Assembly: GCF_000020025.1 (NCBI RefSeq)
Contig: NC_010628.1
Coordinates: 2,910,001-2,942,000, forward strand
DNA from: Nostoc punctiforme PCC 73102
GTDB lineage: Bacteria; Cyanobacteriota; Cyanobacteriia; Cyanobacteriales; Nostocaceae
DNA: 32,000 nucleotides
Direction: 5' to 3'
Shown here: positions 16,111 through 26,473 of the stretch, in pieces
Layout of the letters: every line of letters starts with the position of its first letter
Numbering within the stretch: the stretch's first letter is position 1
Program-made: the position numbers and the translations under genes
The notes under the pieces: model-generated
What the model saw: the letters and a program-made list of their open reading frames with translations, nothing else
Database searches by the model: none
Told to the model about the DNA's origin: nothing

Positions 16111-18420
16111 ATGTCTGAAACCTTTAAGCCCAAAAAAATCGCTATTTTAGGCGGTGGAATATCATCCCTAACCACTGCATACGAATTAACCAGTCAACCA
16201 GGATGGGATAGTCTCTACGATATTACTATTTATCAAACAGGTTGGCGTTTGGGTGGTAAATGTGCAACTGGACGCAACATTAAACCCCATACACCCAATT
16301 CTGAACCAGACTATCGCATCGAAGAACACGGACTGCACATTTTTTTTGGATTCTACGAAAATGCTTTTCGTCTACTCAAGCAATGCTACGACGAACTAGG
16401 TGGTAACGGGCCTTTCAGCACCATAGAAGATGCATTCAAACCTCACAGTCTCATCGTCTTAGAAGAATACATCAATAAAAATTGGAAAACTCTGCCTTTT
16501 GATTTTCCTACCAATTCTCTAGTTCCTTGGGAAGGTGGCGGCATTTCTTCTCTTTGGGAACATATCTGCACAACCATTGAATTCGTCATTCAGACTTACG
16601 CAGTAATTGATGATTATAGTCAGTCAAAGTCTACCAAAAGTTCTTCAACATCTGTTGCCAAACAAATAGCATTAGGCAAGGAGGTAATGGAATTTTTATC
16701 AGATAGTAGTCTCTTACAGTTTCCTAGCCAGTTGATTCAGTTACTTCTCCAACAACCCATGTTTTGGGGAGGATGGCTGAACAATATCAACGAATTTATT
16801 AGTAATATCCTTCAAAACCTAGATTTGACTTCTGAAAAAGTTTTCTTAAATCTTGCCTACAACCTAGTTAAATCACTGCCCAAAAATACCAAAACTCACA
16901 GACGCGAACATCATAAGTTAATTCTTAAGCTCATAGACCGTTTTAAAGAACAGCTGATTCGTCAGATTGAATCTAAGGTTGGGCAAAACCCTGATATGTT
17001 TTGGCGTTTAACACTCATTGATTTAGCATTAGCAAACATCCGGGGTTTGTTTGTGGATGAGATAATTGATTTTCGTTCCCTAGATAGTTTAGATGAGTAC
17101 AACTACAGAGATTGGCTACTAAAACACGGAGCTAGAGAATCAAGCGTTAAATCAGCATTTATTCGCGTCTTATACGATTTAGTTTATGGTTTTCCAGAAG
17201 GTAATACCGATAAACCTCAACTAGCAGCCGGAACAGCTATTCGTGTCCTCACAACTATCTTGTTCAAATACAATGGCGCAATCATGTGGAAAATGCAATC
17301 AGGGATGGCAGAGGTAGTCATCACTCCACTATATGAAGTGCTAAAGCGTCGTGGTGTGAAATTCGAGTTCTTCCATGTTATCAAGCAATTGCATCTGGAT
17401 AACAATCAGCAATCAATTGCCAGTATCACTTTAGCTCGTCAAGTAAATTTAAAAAACCCAAAGCAAGAATATCAACCGCTTATCGCAGTTAAAGACATTC
17501 GTTGTTGGCCTAGCGAACCTCTCTACGATCAGATTGTCGATGAAGAAGCCCAAAAACTTCAAGATCAAGAAATTAACCTTGAGTCATATTGGACACCTTG
17601 GCAGAATGTAGACAAAATTACCCTCACCAAAGGTAATGATTTTGATATTGTGTTGCTGGGAATTTCTATAGCCGCCTTACCCTCCATTTGCAGTGAATTG
17701 CTCCAAGCTAAAAAAAATCCGGCTCACCAAAAATGGAGTGAGATGTTAACGCAAGTCAAAACAGTAACTACTCAAGGCGGACAAATATGGCTTAAGCCTA
17801 CCTTATCGCAATTAGGATGGCAACAATCTAGCCCTGTGCTAGGAGCTTACGTTGAACCACTTGATGTCTATGCAGATATGAGTGAGTTAGTACAACGAGA
17901 AAATTGGCCTTCCGATCATTATCCTTACAATGCAGCTTATTTCACTGGTGTAATTGCAGATCCAGGGATTCCTCCCCACACAGCTTATGATTTCCCAGCT
18001 AAAGCCCAAAAAAAAGTAGAGCAAGAGGCAATTAACTTCCTCAACAATCACATCGGACAGCTTTGGCCTAATGCTACTCAGCCAAAAAATCCCCAAGGTT
18101 TGAATTGGGATTTATTAATAGATTTTCAAAACCGTCAGGGAGTAGAACGCTTTAAAGCTCAATACTGGCGAGTTAACATTAACCCATCAGAACGCTATGT
18201 ACTATCTGTACCTGGAAGTAGCAAGCATCGACTCAAAACTGATGAATCTGGGTTTGATAACCTTTATCTAGCTGGCGACTGGATTAACAACGGTTACAAT
18301 TCCGGTTGTGTGGAAGCGACAGTAATGTCTGCAATGCAAGCAACACGAGCTATTCTAAATCAATGCTTCCATATAAAATACACCAAAGAAATTATTGGTG
18401 AGTGGGATTCTTGGTTATAA
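16111..18420 (+). CDS. Large FAD-dependent oxidoreductase of the amine-oxidase / phytoene-desaturase-like superfamily
   Basis: 769-aa ORF. The N-terminal dinucleotide fold KKIAILGGGISSLTTAYEL...IYQTGWRLGGK and the PDS-like EHGLHIFFGFYEN are present. The C-terminal LYLAGDWINNGYNSGCVEATVMSAMQATRAIL is the closing FAD motif of this family. Confidence 0.85.
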   Translation: MSETFKPKKIAILGGGISSLTTAYELTSQPGWDSLYDITIYQTGWRLGGKCATGRNIKPHTPNSEPDYRIEEHGLHIFFGFYENAFRLLKQCYDELGGNGPFSTIEDAFKPHSLIVLEEYINKNWKTLPFDFPTNSLVPWEGGGISSLWEHICTTIEFVIQTYAVIDDYSQSKSTKSSSTSVAKQIALGKEVMEFLSDSSLLQFPSQLIQLLLQQPMFWGGWLNNINEFISNILQNLDLTSEKVFLNLAYNLVKSLPKNTKTHRREHHKLILKLIDRFKEQLIRQIESKVGQNPDMFWRLTLIDLALANIRGLFVDEIIDFRSLDSLDEYNYRDWLLKHGARESSVKSAFIRVLYDLVYGFPEGNTDKPQLAAGTAIRVLTTILFKYNGAIMWKMQSGMAEVVITPLYEVLKRRGVKFEFFHVIKQLHLDNNQQSIASITLARQVNLKNPKQEYQPLIAVKDIRCWPSEPLYDQIVDEEAQKLQDQEINLESYWTPWQNVDKITLTKGNDFDIVLLGISIAALPSICSELLQAKKNPAHQKWSEMLTQVKTVTTQGGQIWLKPTLSQLGWQQSSPVLGAYVEPLDVYADMSELVQRENWPSDHYPYNAAYFTGVIADPGIPPHTAYDFPAKAQKKVEQEAINFLNNHIGQLWPNATQPKNPQGLNWDLLIDFQNRQGVERFKAQYWRVNINPSERYVLSVPGSSKHRLKTDESGFDNLYLAGDWINNGYNSGCVEATVMSAMQATRAILNQCFHIKYTKEIIGEWDSWL

Positions 18421-18608
18421 TGAGGTGCATTTTGACAAACTCAACAAAAAGTAGCATTATTTAGGTTGTTAAAACCTATACTATTTGATAAATCGATACA
18501 TTTTTAATGTTTGTTCCATAACAGACTTTAAAAATGTATTTATTATTCTCTGAATAATAGGCTCGTTAGTTGGAACATTGAAATTTTATTAAAATATTAG
18601 TATTACCA

Positions 18609-21600
18609 ATGATTGTATTATCGAATTACCAAATTATAGAATTAATTGATGAGGGAATAAAAACTGCTGTTTATCGAGCCAGGAGAAATCAAGATGGTCA
18701 AATAGTAGTTATTAAACTTTTAAAAACAGAATACCCTGAGCTAAGAGATATAGCAGCGTTAAAACATGAATATGAGCTAATCAAAAATTTAGATATCCTA
18801 GGAGTTATTCAAGCTCATAGTTTAGAAAAATACAACAATGGTTTTGCTATTGTTTTAGAAAATTTTGATGGAATTTCTCTCTACAAAAGTATTCAGACAG
18901 AAAAAATAGAGTTACAAAATTTTCTTAATGTAGGCATTCAAATTACTCAAGCTTTAGGTGAATTACACCAAAATTATATTATCCATAAAGATATTAAACC
19001 ACAAAACATTATTGTTAATTTAGTTACCTATCAAGTTAAAATAATTGATTTTTCTATCTCATCATTGCTTTTTCAAGAGAAACCCAAACTCAGCAATCCT
19101 GATTTGCTTGAAGGAACTCTAGCCTATATGTCTCCAGAGCAAACGGGAAGAATGAATCGGTCAGTTGATTACCGTACAGACTTTTATTCGTTGGGTGTAA
19201 CTTTTTATGAAATGCTCACAGGTCAGTTACCATTTTCAGCAACCGATCCAATGGAGTTAGTTCATTGTCATATTGCTAAACAACCCATAACAGTAGAACA
19301 ATTAAATCCACAAATCCCTCAAGTAATTTCTGCAATTATTATGAAGCTACTCAGCAAAACTGCTGAGGGAAGATATCAAAGTGCTTTTGGGATTAAAGCG
19401 GATTTAGAAACCTGTCTCGATCAATTAGAGAAAACTAACTCTATAACCAACTTTTCTATTGGCCAGCAGGATCATTCTAGCCAACTGCAAATTCCCGAAA
19501 AGTTGTATGGACGAGAAGCAGAAATAGATATTTTAATGAATGCTTTTGAAAAAGTTAATCAAGGAAATAAAGAATTACTATTGGTTGCAGGTTACTCAGG
19601 TATTGGTAAATCAGCATTAGTTAACGAAATTCATAAACCTGTTATCAAAAACAGAGGTTATTTTATTGCTGGTAAATTTGAGCAATTTCAGCGCAATATT
19701 CCTTATGCTTCACTGATTCAAGCATTTCAAGAGTTAATGCAGCAATTACTTACAGAAAGTGAAGCACAGTTATCTACTTGGAAAGAAAGACTTTTAGAGG
19801 CTTTAGTTCCGAATGCTCAAATTATTATTGATGTCATTCCTGAACTAGAACTGATTATTGGTAAACAAACAGAAGTACCACAACTAGCTTCAGCAGAAGC
19901 ACAAAATCGCTTTAACTTGGTTTTTCAAAAGTTTATCAATGTGTTTGCTCAAAAAGAACATCCATTAGTTGTATTTTTAGATGATTTACAATGGGCAGAT
20001 TTAGCTTCATTAAAATTAATTCAGTTATTGGCTACAGATGCTGAAATTAAATATTTATTGCTCATAGGAGCTTATCGAGATAATGAAGTTGATCCTAGCC
20101 ATTCTTTAATGCTAGTTTTGCAGGAAATTGAAAAAAATAGTAGCCCTGTCCAGATTGTTCACTGTCAAAATCTGAAAATTACTCATGTTTGTCAATTAGT
20201 TAGCGACACTCTAAAATCTAGTTTAGAGAACTCCAAAGAATTAGCAAAATTGATTTTCAATAAAACTGGTGGTAATCCATTCTTTATAAATCAATTACTC
20301 AAGTTCATTCATCAAGAAAATTTACTTTTATTTGATTTTATCACTGGTCAATGGCAATGGGACATTCAGCACATTCAGACGCTAGGAATTACTGAGAATG
20401 TTGTTGAATTAATGATAGGTAAAATTCAAAAGCTCAAAGACACTACACAGAATATTTTAAAAATAGCTGCGTGTATTGGCAATCGATTTAATTTAAATAT
20501 ACTTTCTTGTGTTAACGAAAAATCTCATAATGACACAGCTTTAGAGATTTGGGAAGCATTACAAGCTGGTTTAATTATACCTTTAAGCGATAATTATAAA
20601 CTACCACATCTATTAGATTATGTTGATATTTTTGTAATTGATTATAAATTTCTTCACGATCGGGTGCAACAAGCGGCTTATGCTTTGATACCCAATGAGC
20701 AGAAAAAGGAGATTCACTTAAATATTGGTAGACTGCTATTAAAGAATATAGACGAAAGTTTACTAGAAGAAATAATCTTCGATATTGTTAACCAATTAAA
20801 TATCGGTATTGAACTAATTATTTCTCCAGAAGAAAGATATAAATTAGCTAAGTTAAATCTTATTTCTGGACGTAAAGCTAAGGATTCTGCTGCTTACGAA
20901 TCTGCTGTAAAGTTTTTGAGGCAAGGTCTAAGTTTACTTGAAGTTGATTGTTGGCAAACCCATTATGAATTAACTCTTAACCTTCATGTAGAAACCGTAG
21001 AAGCGGACTATTTAAATACAAATTTTGAGCAAGCAGAATCATTATTTATCAGTGTTATAACCAATAGTAAAACTATTCTTGATGCTGTTAAAGTATATGA
21101 GAAGAAAATTCAGTTTTATGTTGCTCAAAATCAAATGCGAGAAGCATTAGATTTAGATTTGCAGGTGCTAGAGATGCTGGGAGTTTCTTTATCTCAAACT
21201 CCACCAGCAGAGTTAAAAGTTGAAGAATTAGTCAATTTGCCAGAAATGACTGATGCTCATAAGCTAGCTGCTATGAGGATACTAATGACAGCTATGCCTC
21301 CCGCTTATTTAGCCGATCCTGCACTTTTACCACTGATTGCTTTTACGATGGTTGATTTATGTGTGCAGTATGGCAATTCATCTTTTGCAGCTTATGCCTA
21401 TGGTTTTTATGGGCTAATTTTATGTGGGCCTCTTAAGGAGATTGAATCAGGTTATAGATTTGGTAAATTATCTTTGCAGATTTTAGATAAATTCAACGCT
21501 AGAGAAATCAAATCTAAAGTGTATGCACTATTTAATATTTTTGTTAGACATTGGAAAGAACATATTAAAGCAACTATAGAACCTTTACAAGATGGTGTTC

Positions 21601-23951
21601 AAAGTGGTTTAGATACAGGGGATATTGAGTATGTGGGTTACAATGGATTATTAGTTTGTTGGCATCCTTTTTGGGTTGGAGAAAACTTAAATACTGTTGA
21701 ACAAAGACTAGAACAATATATTAATTTATCACATAAGATAAAGCAAGAGCATTTTACTATTTGTTTGCTTATCTTAAAACAAATGGTAATCGAATTAGTT
21801 CAAGGGCCGGATAATAAATCTTACTTAGAAGGTGATAGTTTTAATGAATCAGTAATGCAGAGGATGGCAGGAAATATTACAGCTATTTTTTATACTTATC
21901 TTGCCAAAAGTATTTTAAGTTATTTCTTTAAAGATTATAGCCAGTCTGTTAAAAATGCTCAATTAGCACAACAGTATGAAGTTGCAGTTGGTGGGACTGT
22001 TTATCTATGTGAATATAAGTTCTATTATTCTCTGGCATCGTTAGCCTTCTTGTTAAAGACTACTTCTGAAACAGATATAAAAGCTGCTATGGAGATAGTA
22101 GAAGAAAATCAAAAACAATTAAAAGATTGGGCAGATCATGCACCTGTAAATAATCAGCACAAATACGATCTAGTAGAGGCAGAAAAAGCACGAGTTTTAG
22201 GGCAAGTGTTAGTAGCAATGGAATACTACGATCGCGCAATTCAAGGGGCTCATAATTTTGGATATATTCATGAAGAAGCGCTAGCTTATGAATGTGCAGC
22301 AGAATTTTATCTCAGTCTAGGAAGAAATGAATTTACCTCACTATACATGACAAAGGCACATTATGGTTATCGCCGTTGGGGAGCAAGTGCTAAATTTAAG
22401 GATCTGGAATTAAAATACCCAGAATTAATTGCTAAGGTTTCCGCTCACTCTCAAGTAGGCTTTACAAGTAATACTATTACTACTTCTACTGCTAATGAAA
22501 AGTCAAGCGGACTAGATTTCATTACAGTTATTAAAGCATCGCAAGCTTTATCAGAAGTAATTTTATTGGAAAATTTGTTAGAAAAGCTCATGAGAATTGT
22601 AATTGAGAATGCTGGCGCTCAAACTGGTATTTTACTTTTACAGAAAGGAGGGAAATTATTTATTGAAGCTCAAGCTGATGTCTACCAAAATGATTTAATT
22701 GTTGGTCAATCAATACCAGTTGAAAATATTCAAAATTTGCCTATATCTGTAATAAATTATGCCACAAGAACAAAAAAAGATGTAGTTTTATCTGATGCCA
22801 GTAATGAAGGAAGTTTTACGATAGACCCGTACATTGTTGAGCATCAAATAAAATCTCTTATGTGTACTTGTATTGTGAATCAAGGCAAACTTATTGGGTT
22901 ACTTTATTTAGAAAATAATTTAACAGTGGGAGCATTTACTTCGGATAGAATACAAGTCTTAAAAATACTATTTTCGCAAGCAGCTATTTCCTTAGAAAAT
23001 GCCCGACTCTACGCCAACTTAGAAGACAAAATTGAGGAAAGAACGAGGGAGCTAAATGAAAAAAATGTGCGATTAAATCAAACACTGCATGAATTAAAAT
23101 TAACTCAAACTCAGCTTATTCAAACAGAGAAAATGTCAAGCTTGGGGCAAATGATTGCTGGTATTGCTCATGAAATTAATAACCCTGTAAGCTTTATTCA
23201 TGGCAACTTAGAGCACATTAATAATTACACGCAGGATTTACTTAGTTTAATTAATATTTATCAAAATCTCTATCCCAATGTAGCACCAGAGATTGAAGAC
23301 TTTTTAGAGAATATAGATGTTGATTTTATTAAAGAAGATATCCCTAAAACTTTATCTTCGATGAAAATTGGTACGCAACGCATTCGAGAAATTGTGCTGA
23401 CATTGCGTAATTTTTCTCGGTTAGATGAGGCTGACATGAAACCTGTTAATATTCATGAGGGAATTGAGAGTACGTTACTAATTTTGCAAAGCCGTCTCCA
23501 AGCCAAACCAGGTAAGCCTGCAATTGAGATTATCAAAAATTATAGTGAGTTACCAAACGTGGAATGTTATGCTGGGCAACTCAATCAGGTATTTATGAAT
23601 ATTCTGAATAATGCGATTGATTCTTTAGAAAGGTCAAATCAGGGAAAAACAGCAGAGGAAATTAAGAGTGATTATGATGCGATCGCTATTCGTACCCAAG
23701 TAGTCAATCCTGATTTAGTCGCAATTTTCATTAGGGATAATGGGGTTGGTATGAGTGATAGTGTCAGACAAAAAATATTTGATCCTTTTTTCACTACTAA
23801 ACCTGTGGGACAAGGTACTGGTTTAGGATTATCAATCACTTATCAAATTGTAGTAGACAAACATCACGGGACAATAGAGTGCATTTCTGCACCTGGGCAG
23901 GGTGCAGAGTTTATTATTCAAATTCCCTGTCGGCAAAAGCGGGTAATCTAG
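18609..23951 (+). CDS. HstK-type multi-kinase: Ser/Thr kinase - AAA(STAND-like) ATPase - TPR/helical repeats - GAF - histidine kinase
   Basis: 1780-aa ORF. Kinase motifs VVIKLLK, IHKDIKPQNIIV and SPEQTGR. Walker A GYSGIGKSALVNE and Walker B VVFLDDLQWAD. A GAF region around residues 1290-1440. H-box GIAHEINNPVSFIHGNL. N/G boxes NILNNAIDS, DNGVGM and GTGLGL. Confidence 0.93.
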   Translation: MIVLSNYQIIELIDEGIKTAVYRARRNQDGQIVVIKLLKTEYPELRDIAALKHEYELIKNLDILGVIQAHSLEKYNNGFAIVLENFDGISLYKSIQTEKIELQNFLNVGIQITQALGELHQNYIIHKDIKPQNIIVNLVTYQVKIIDFSISSLLFQEKPKLSNPDLLEGTLAYMSPEQTGRMNRSVDYRTDFYSLGVTFYEMLTGQLPFSATDPMELVHCHIAKQPITVEQLNPQIPQVISAIIMKLLSKTAEGRYQSAFGIKADLETCLDQLEKTNSITNFSIGQQDHSSQLQIPEKLYGREAEIDILMNAFEKVNQGNKELLLVAGYSGIGKSALVNEIHKPVIKNRGYFIAGKFEQFQRNIPYASLIQAFQELMQQLLTESEAQLSTWKERLLEALVPNAQIIIDVIPELELIIGKQTEVPQLASAEAQNRFNLVFQKFINVFAQKEHPLVVFLDDLQWADLASLKLIQLLATDAEIKYLLLIGAYRDNEVDPSHSLMLVLQEIEKNSSPVQIVHCQNLKITHVCQLVSDTLKSSLENSKELAKLIFNKTGGNPFFINQLLKFIHQENLLLFDFITGQWQWDIQHIQTLGITENVVELMIGKIQKLKDTTQNILKIAACIGNRFNLNILSCVNEKSHNDTALEIWEALQAGLIIPLSDNYKLPHLLDYVDIFVIDYKFLHDRVQQAAYALIPNEQKKEIHLNIGRLLLKNIDESLLEEIIFDIVNQLNIGIELIISPEERYKLAKLNLISGRKAKDSAAYESAVKFLRQGLSLLEVDCWQTHYELTLNLHVETVEADYLNTNFEQAESLFISVITNSKTILDAVKVYEKKIQFYVAQNQMREALDLDLQVLEMLGVSLSQTPPAELKVEELVNLPEMTDAHKLAAMRILMTAMPPAYLADPALLPLIAFTMVDLCVQYGNSSFAAYAYGFYGLILCGPLKEIESGYRFGKLSLQILDKFNAREIKSKVYALFNIFVRHWKEHIKATIEPLQDGVQSGLDTGDIEYVGYNGLLVCWHPFWVGENLNTVEQRLEQYINLSHKIKQEHFTICLLILKQMVIELVQGPDNKSYLEGDSFNESVMQRMAGNITAIFYTYLAKSILSYFFKDYSQSVKNAQLAQQYEVAVGGTVYLCEYKFYYSLASLAFLLKTTSETDIKAAMEIVEENQKQLKDWADHAPVNNQHKYDLVEAEKARVLGQVLVAMEYYDRAIQGAHNFGYIHEEALAYECAAEFYLSLGRNEFTSLYMTKAHYGYRRWGASAKFKDLELKYPELIAKVSAHSQVGFTSNTITTSTANEKSSGLDFITVIKASQALSEVILLENLLEKLMRIVIENAGAQTGILLLQKGGKLFIEAQADVYQNDLIVGQSIPVENIQNLPISVINYATRTKKDVVLSDASNEGSFTIDPYIVEHQIKSLMCTCIVNQGKLIGLLYLENNLTVGAFTSDRIQVLKILFSQAAISLENARLYANLEDKIEERTRELNEKNVRLNQTLHELKLTQTQLIQTEKMSSLGQMIAGIAHEINNPVSFIHGNLEHINNYTQDLLSLINIYQNLYPNVAPEIEDFLENIDVDFIKEDIPKTLSSMKIGTQRIREIVLTLRNFSRLDEADMKPVNIHEGIESTLLILQSRLQAKPGKPAIEIIKNYSELPNVECYAGQLNQVFMNILNNAIDSLERSNQGKTAEEIKSDYDAIAIRTQVVNPDLVAIFIRDNGVGMSDSVRQKIFDPFFTTKPVGQGTGLGLSITYQIVVDKHHGTIECISAPGQGAEFIIQIPCRQKRVI

Positions 23952-23980
23952 CATAAGATAACGCTCTAATTTACACCCAC

Positions 23981-25198
23981 TCAACTAAAAAATCTCTCTA
24001 CGCATCTAACAAATATCTCTACACCCATCCCCAAGGCGGTTTCGTCAAAATCAAATCGGGGATGATGATGGGGATACGCCAAATCTTGCTCTGGATTCGC
24101 AGAACCTAAAAAGAAATAACAGCCAGGAACCTCTTGCAAGAAAAATGACATATCTTCAGCAGCCATAGTTTGACATTCGGGCACAATACCCAACGGGGTT
24201 TCTACCACTTCTTCTGCTACAGTTCGCACCAATTCCGCCATCTTTATATCATTAATTACTGGTGGATAAAGTGACCAGTATTCTAAGTCATAACTCGCAC
24301 CATGACTTTGACAAATTCCAGCAATAATCTGCTCGACGCGCTGGTTGAAAAAGCCTTTCAAACTAGGATTAAAATATCTGACAGTAGCGCTCATTTTTGC
24401 TGTATCAGCAATCACATTCCGCTTGGTTCCAGCATGAAGTTCGCCCACTGTCACCACTGCTGAATCAATGGGATTCAGATTCCGGGCGACAATGGTTTGC
24501 AAGGCATTTACAATTTGGGCAGCAACTACTACAGAGTCAACAGTTTGATGGGGTAGTGCGCCGTGTCCACCTTTGCCCAAAATTGTGCAGTTAAAGCACT
24601 CCACAGCTGCCATCAAAGCCCCAGGACGGACACCCACTGTTCCCAAGGCTAAATTATTCCACAAGTGCAAACCAATAATCGCGTCAACATCAGGATTTTT
24701 CAGAACTCCAGCTTCAATCATCGGCTTTGCGCCTCCTGGTGATTCTTCTGCTGGCTGAAAGATAATTTTCACAGTCCCAGAGAAGTCTTGGCGATGCTGC
24801 TGGAGATAGTAAGCTGTACCTAAAGCGATCGCAGTATGTCCATCATGTCCACAAGCGTGCATCACCCCATCATGCTGCGATTTATAGGGCACTTCGTTAA
24901 GTTCTTGGATTGGCAAAGCATCCATATCCGCCCGAATCGCTAAAACTTTCTCTGCACCTAATTTGTTACCCTTGATGGTGGCAACAATGCCAGTGTGAGC
25001 AATGCCAGTCTGATGCTCAACTCCCCACTCTTGTAACTTTTGTGATACGAACTCAGCAGTCAGTTTTTCTTGAAAACCCAACTCTGGTTGTTGATGCAAT
25101 CGCCGCCGCCACTCTACTAATTGCGGTTGCAATGAGCGAATTGCTAGTCGGATGCGAGATAGATCAACAGAAGAGGAATTGGGAAAGGTAGAAACCAT
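23981..25198 (-). CDS. M20D-family amidohydrolase (N-acyl-L-amino-acid amidohydrolase / hippurate-hydrolase-like)
   Basis: 405-aa ORF. Motifs LAIRADMDALP, HACGHDGH and FQPAEE..GGA are typical of the M20D metal-binding set. Confidence 0.88.
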   Translation of the reverse strand: MVSTFPNSSSVDLSRIRLAIRSLQPQLVEWRRRLHQQPELGFQEKLTAEFVSQKLQEWGVEHQTGIAHTGIVATIKGNKLGAEKVLAIRADMDALPIQELNEVPYKSQHDGVMHACGHDGHTAIALGTAYYLQQHRQDFSGTVKIIFQPAEESPGGAKPMIEAGVLKNPDVDAIIGLHLWNNLALGTVGVRPGALMAAVECFNCTILGKGGHGALPHQTVDSVVVAAQIVNALQTIVARNLNPIDSAVVTVGELHAGTKRNVIADTAKMSATVRYFNPSLKGFFNQRVEQIIAGICQSHGASYDLEYWSLYPPVINDIKMAELVRTVAEEVVETPLGIVPECQTMAAEDMSFFLQEVPGCYFFLGSANPEQDLAYPHHHPRFDFDETALGMGVEIFVRCVERFFS

Positions 25199-25334
25199 TA
25201 TGAAGACAAGCTAGTTTAAGTACAGCTAACTTAGTTTATCGTAGGGAATAGCGAAGAATCATTATCAAAATATTCTTAACCAGTAAACCAAAAAGTTTTT
25301 TCCAAAGAGCGATGCCTGCGGCTACCAGTTAAAA

Positions 25335-26237
25335 TCAATTCTGCAACCAACCAGCCATCACAGCAACTATCAAAAATAAACCCATCACAAAACGGTAAAA
25401 AACAAAAATCCAGGTACTGCGTTTTTCCAGGTAGCGGAGGAGTCCCCAAATTGCGGCAAAAGCGGAAATGCTGGCGGAAATTAAGCCTACCAACAAAGTC
25501 AACCAACCAGCGGTACTCAACCCTGCTTTCGTAAGAGTGTGGAGTTCTATAGCACCTGCCAAAATGACGGCTGGTAAGCCCAACAAAAAAGAAAATCGGG
25601 CTGATGTTTCCCGTTCCATACCCAAAAATAACCCAGCAGTGAGGGTAGAACCAGAGCGAGAAACGCCAGGGATCAGGGCAAAAGCTTGAGCAACTCCTAC
25701 CCAAATGCCATCCCAGAGAGTGAGGTTGTCAAAAGTGCGATCGCGTCCTCCGCGTTTTTCTGCGATCGCTAGCAATCCTGACATAATAATTGAAGCCACA
25801 CCGATAACTACTAACCCTCGCATTGGTGAGTTACAAACGTTAAGAATGGGTTTGAGTAGCACACCAGCCACAGCAATGGGCAAGGTTCCTATCAATAAGC
25901 CCAACATCAGTTGCAAAGAACTAGATTGATAGTCTTGTCCGCTAATTGCTCTAACTGTCTCTCCTGTTAATTTTTTTAAGTCTTGCCAAAAATAGACTAA
26001 AACAGCAGTCAAGCTAGCTAACTGCATTGCTGCTGAAAAAGCAGATCCCGGATCTTTCAGTCCCAGTAGAGTTGGTACTATCCGCAAATGAGCAGTACTG
26101 CTAATTGGTAATAGTTCTGTAATTCCCTGAACGACGCCTAAAATAATTACGTCAATCCAGCTAAAGTTAGCAAAGTCTAGATTCACTTCACTACCGTTGC
26201 CACAGACTGCACTCGCTACCACAAAAGAAAGCATCAT
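25335..26237 (-). CDS. uppP: Undecaprenyl-diphosphate phosphatase
   Basis: VVQGITELLPISSTAHL and PGVSRSGSTL motifs; polytopic hydrophobic protein. The track ORF extends to a TTG at 26270. The first ATG pair (complement of 26232-26237) is the more likely start. Confidence 0.9.
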   Translation of the reverse strand: MMLSFVVASAVCGNGSEVNLDFANFSWIDVIILGVVQGITELLPISSTAHLRIVPTLLGLKDPGSAFSAAMQLASLTAVLVYFWQDLKKLTGETVRAISGQDYQSSSLQLMLGLLIGTLPIAVAGVLLKPILNVCNSPMRGLVVIGVASIIMSGLLAIAEKRGGRDRTFDNLTLWDGIWVGVAQAFALIPGVSRSGSTLTAGLFLGMERETSARFSFLLGLPAVILAGAIELHTLTKAGLSTAGWLTLLVGLISASISAFAAIWGLLRYLEKRSTWIFVFYRFVMGLFLIVAVMAGWLQN

Positions 26238-26473
26238 GATATCAGGCGTGAATAATTTACTTTTAATCAAATACCGACAAAGTAACTTAGCTTAGTGACG
26301 CTTCTGTGACTAAGACATGGCACTTGGATGACATCTAAATACAAATACAAAATATCATGTGTTCGCGCAGTGTACCATTAGCGAAAGAATACCATTCGGT
26401 TATTTTAAAAATGTCTTTAACTAGTCATATTTCGCACATATAAAACTTACTCATGAAGTGTTATTTTTGTCCC

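Noticed and set aside
25276-25929. ORFs 25276..25704 (-), 25468..25689 (+) and 25705..25929 (+)
   Set aside because: They are alternative frames or antisense of uppP, which has diagnostic motifs.
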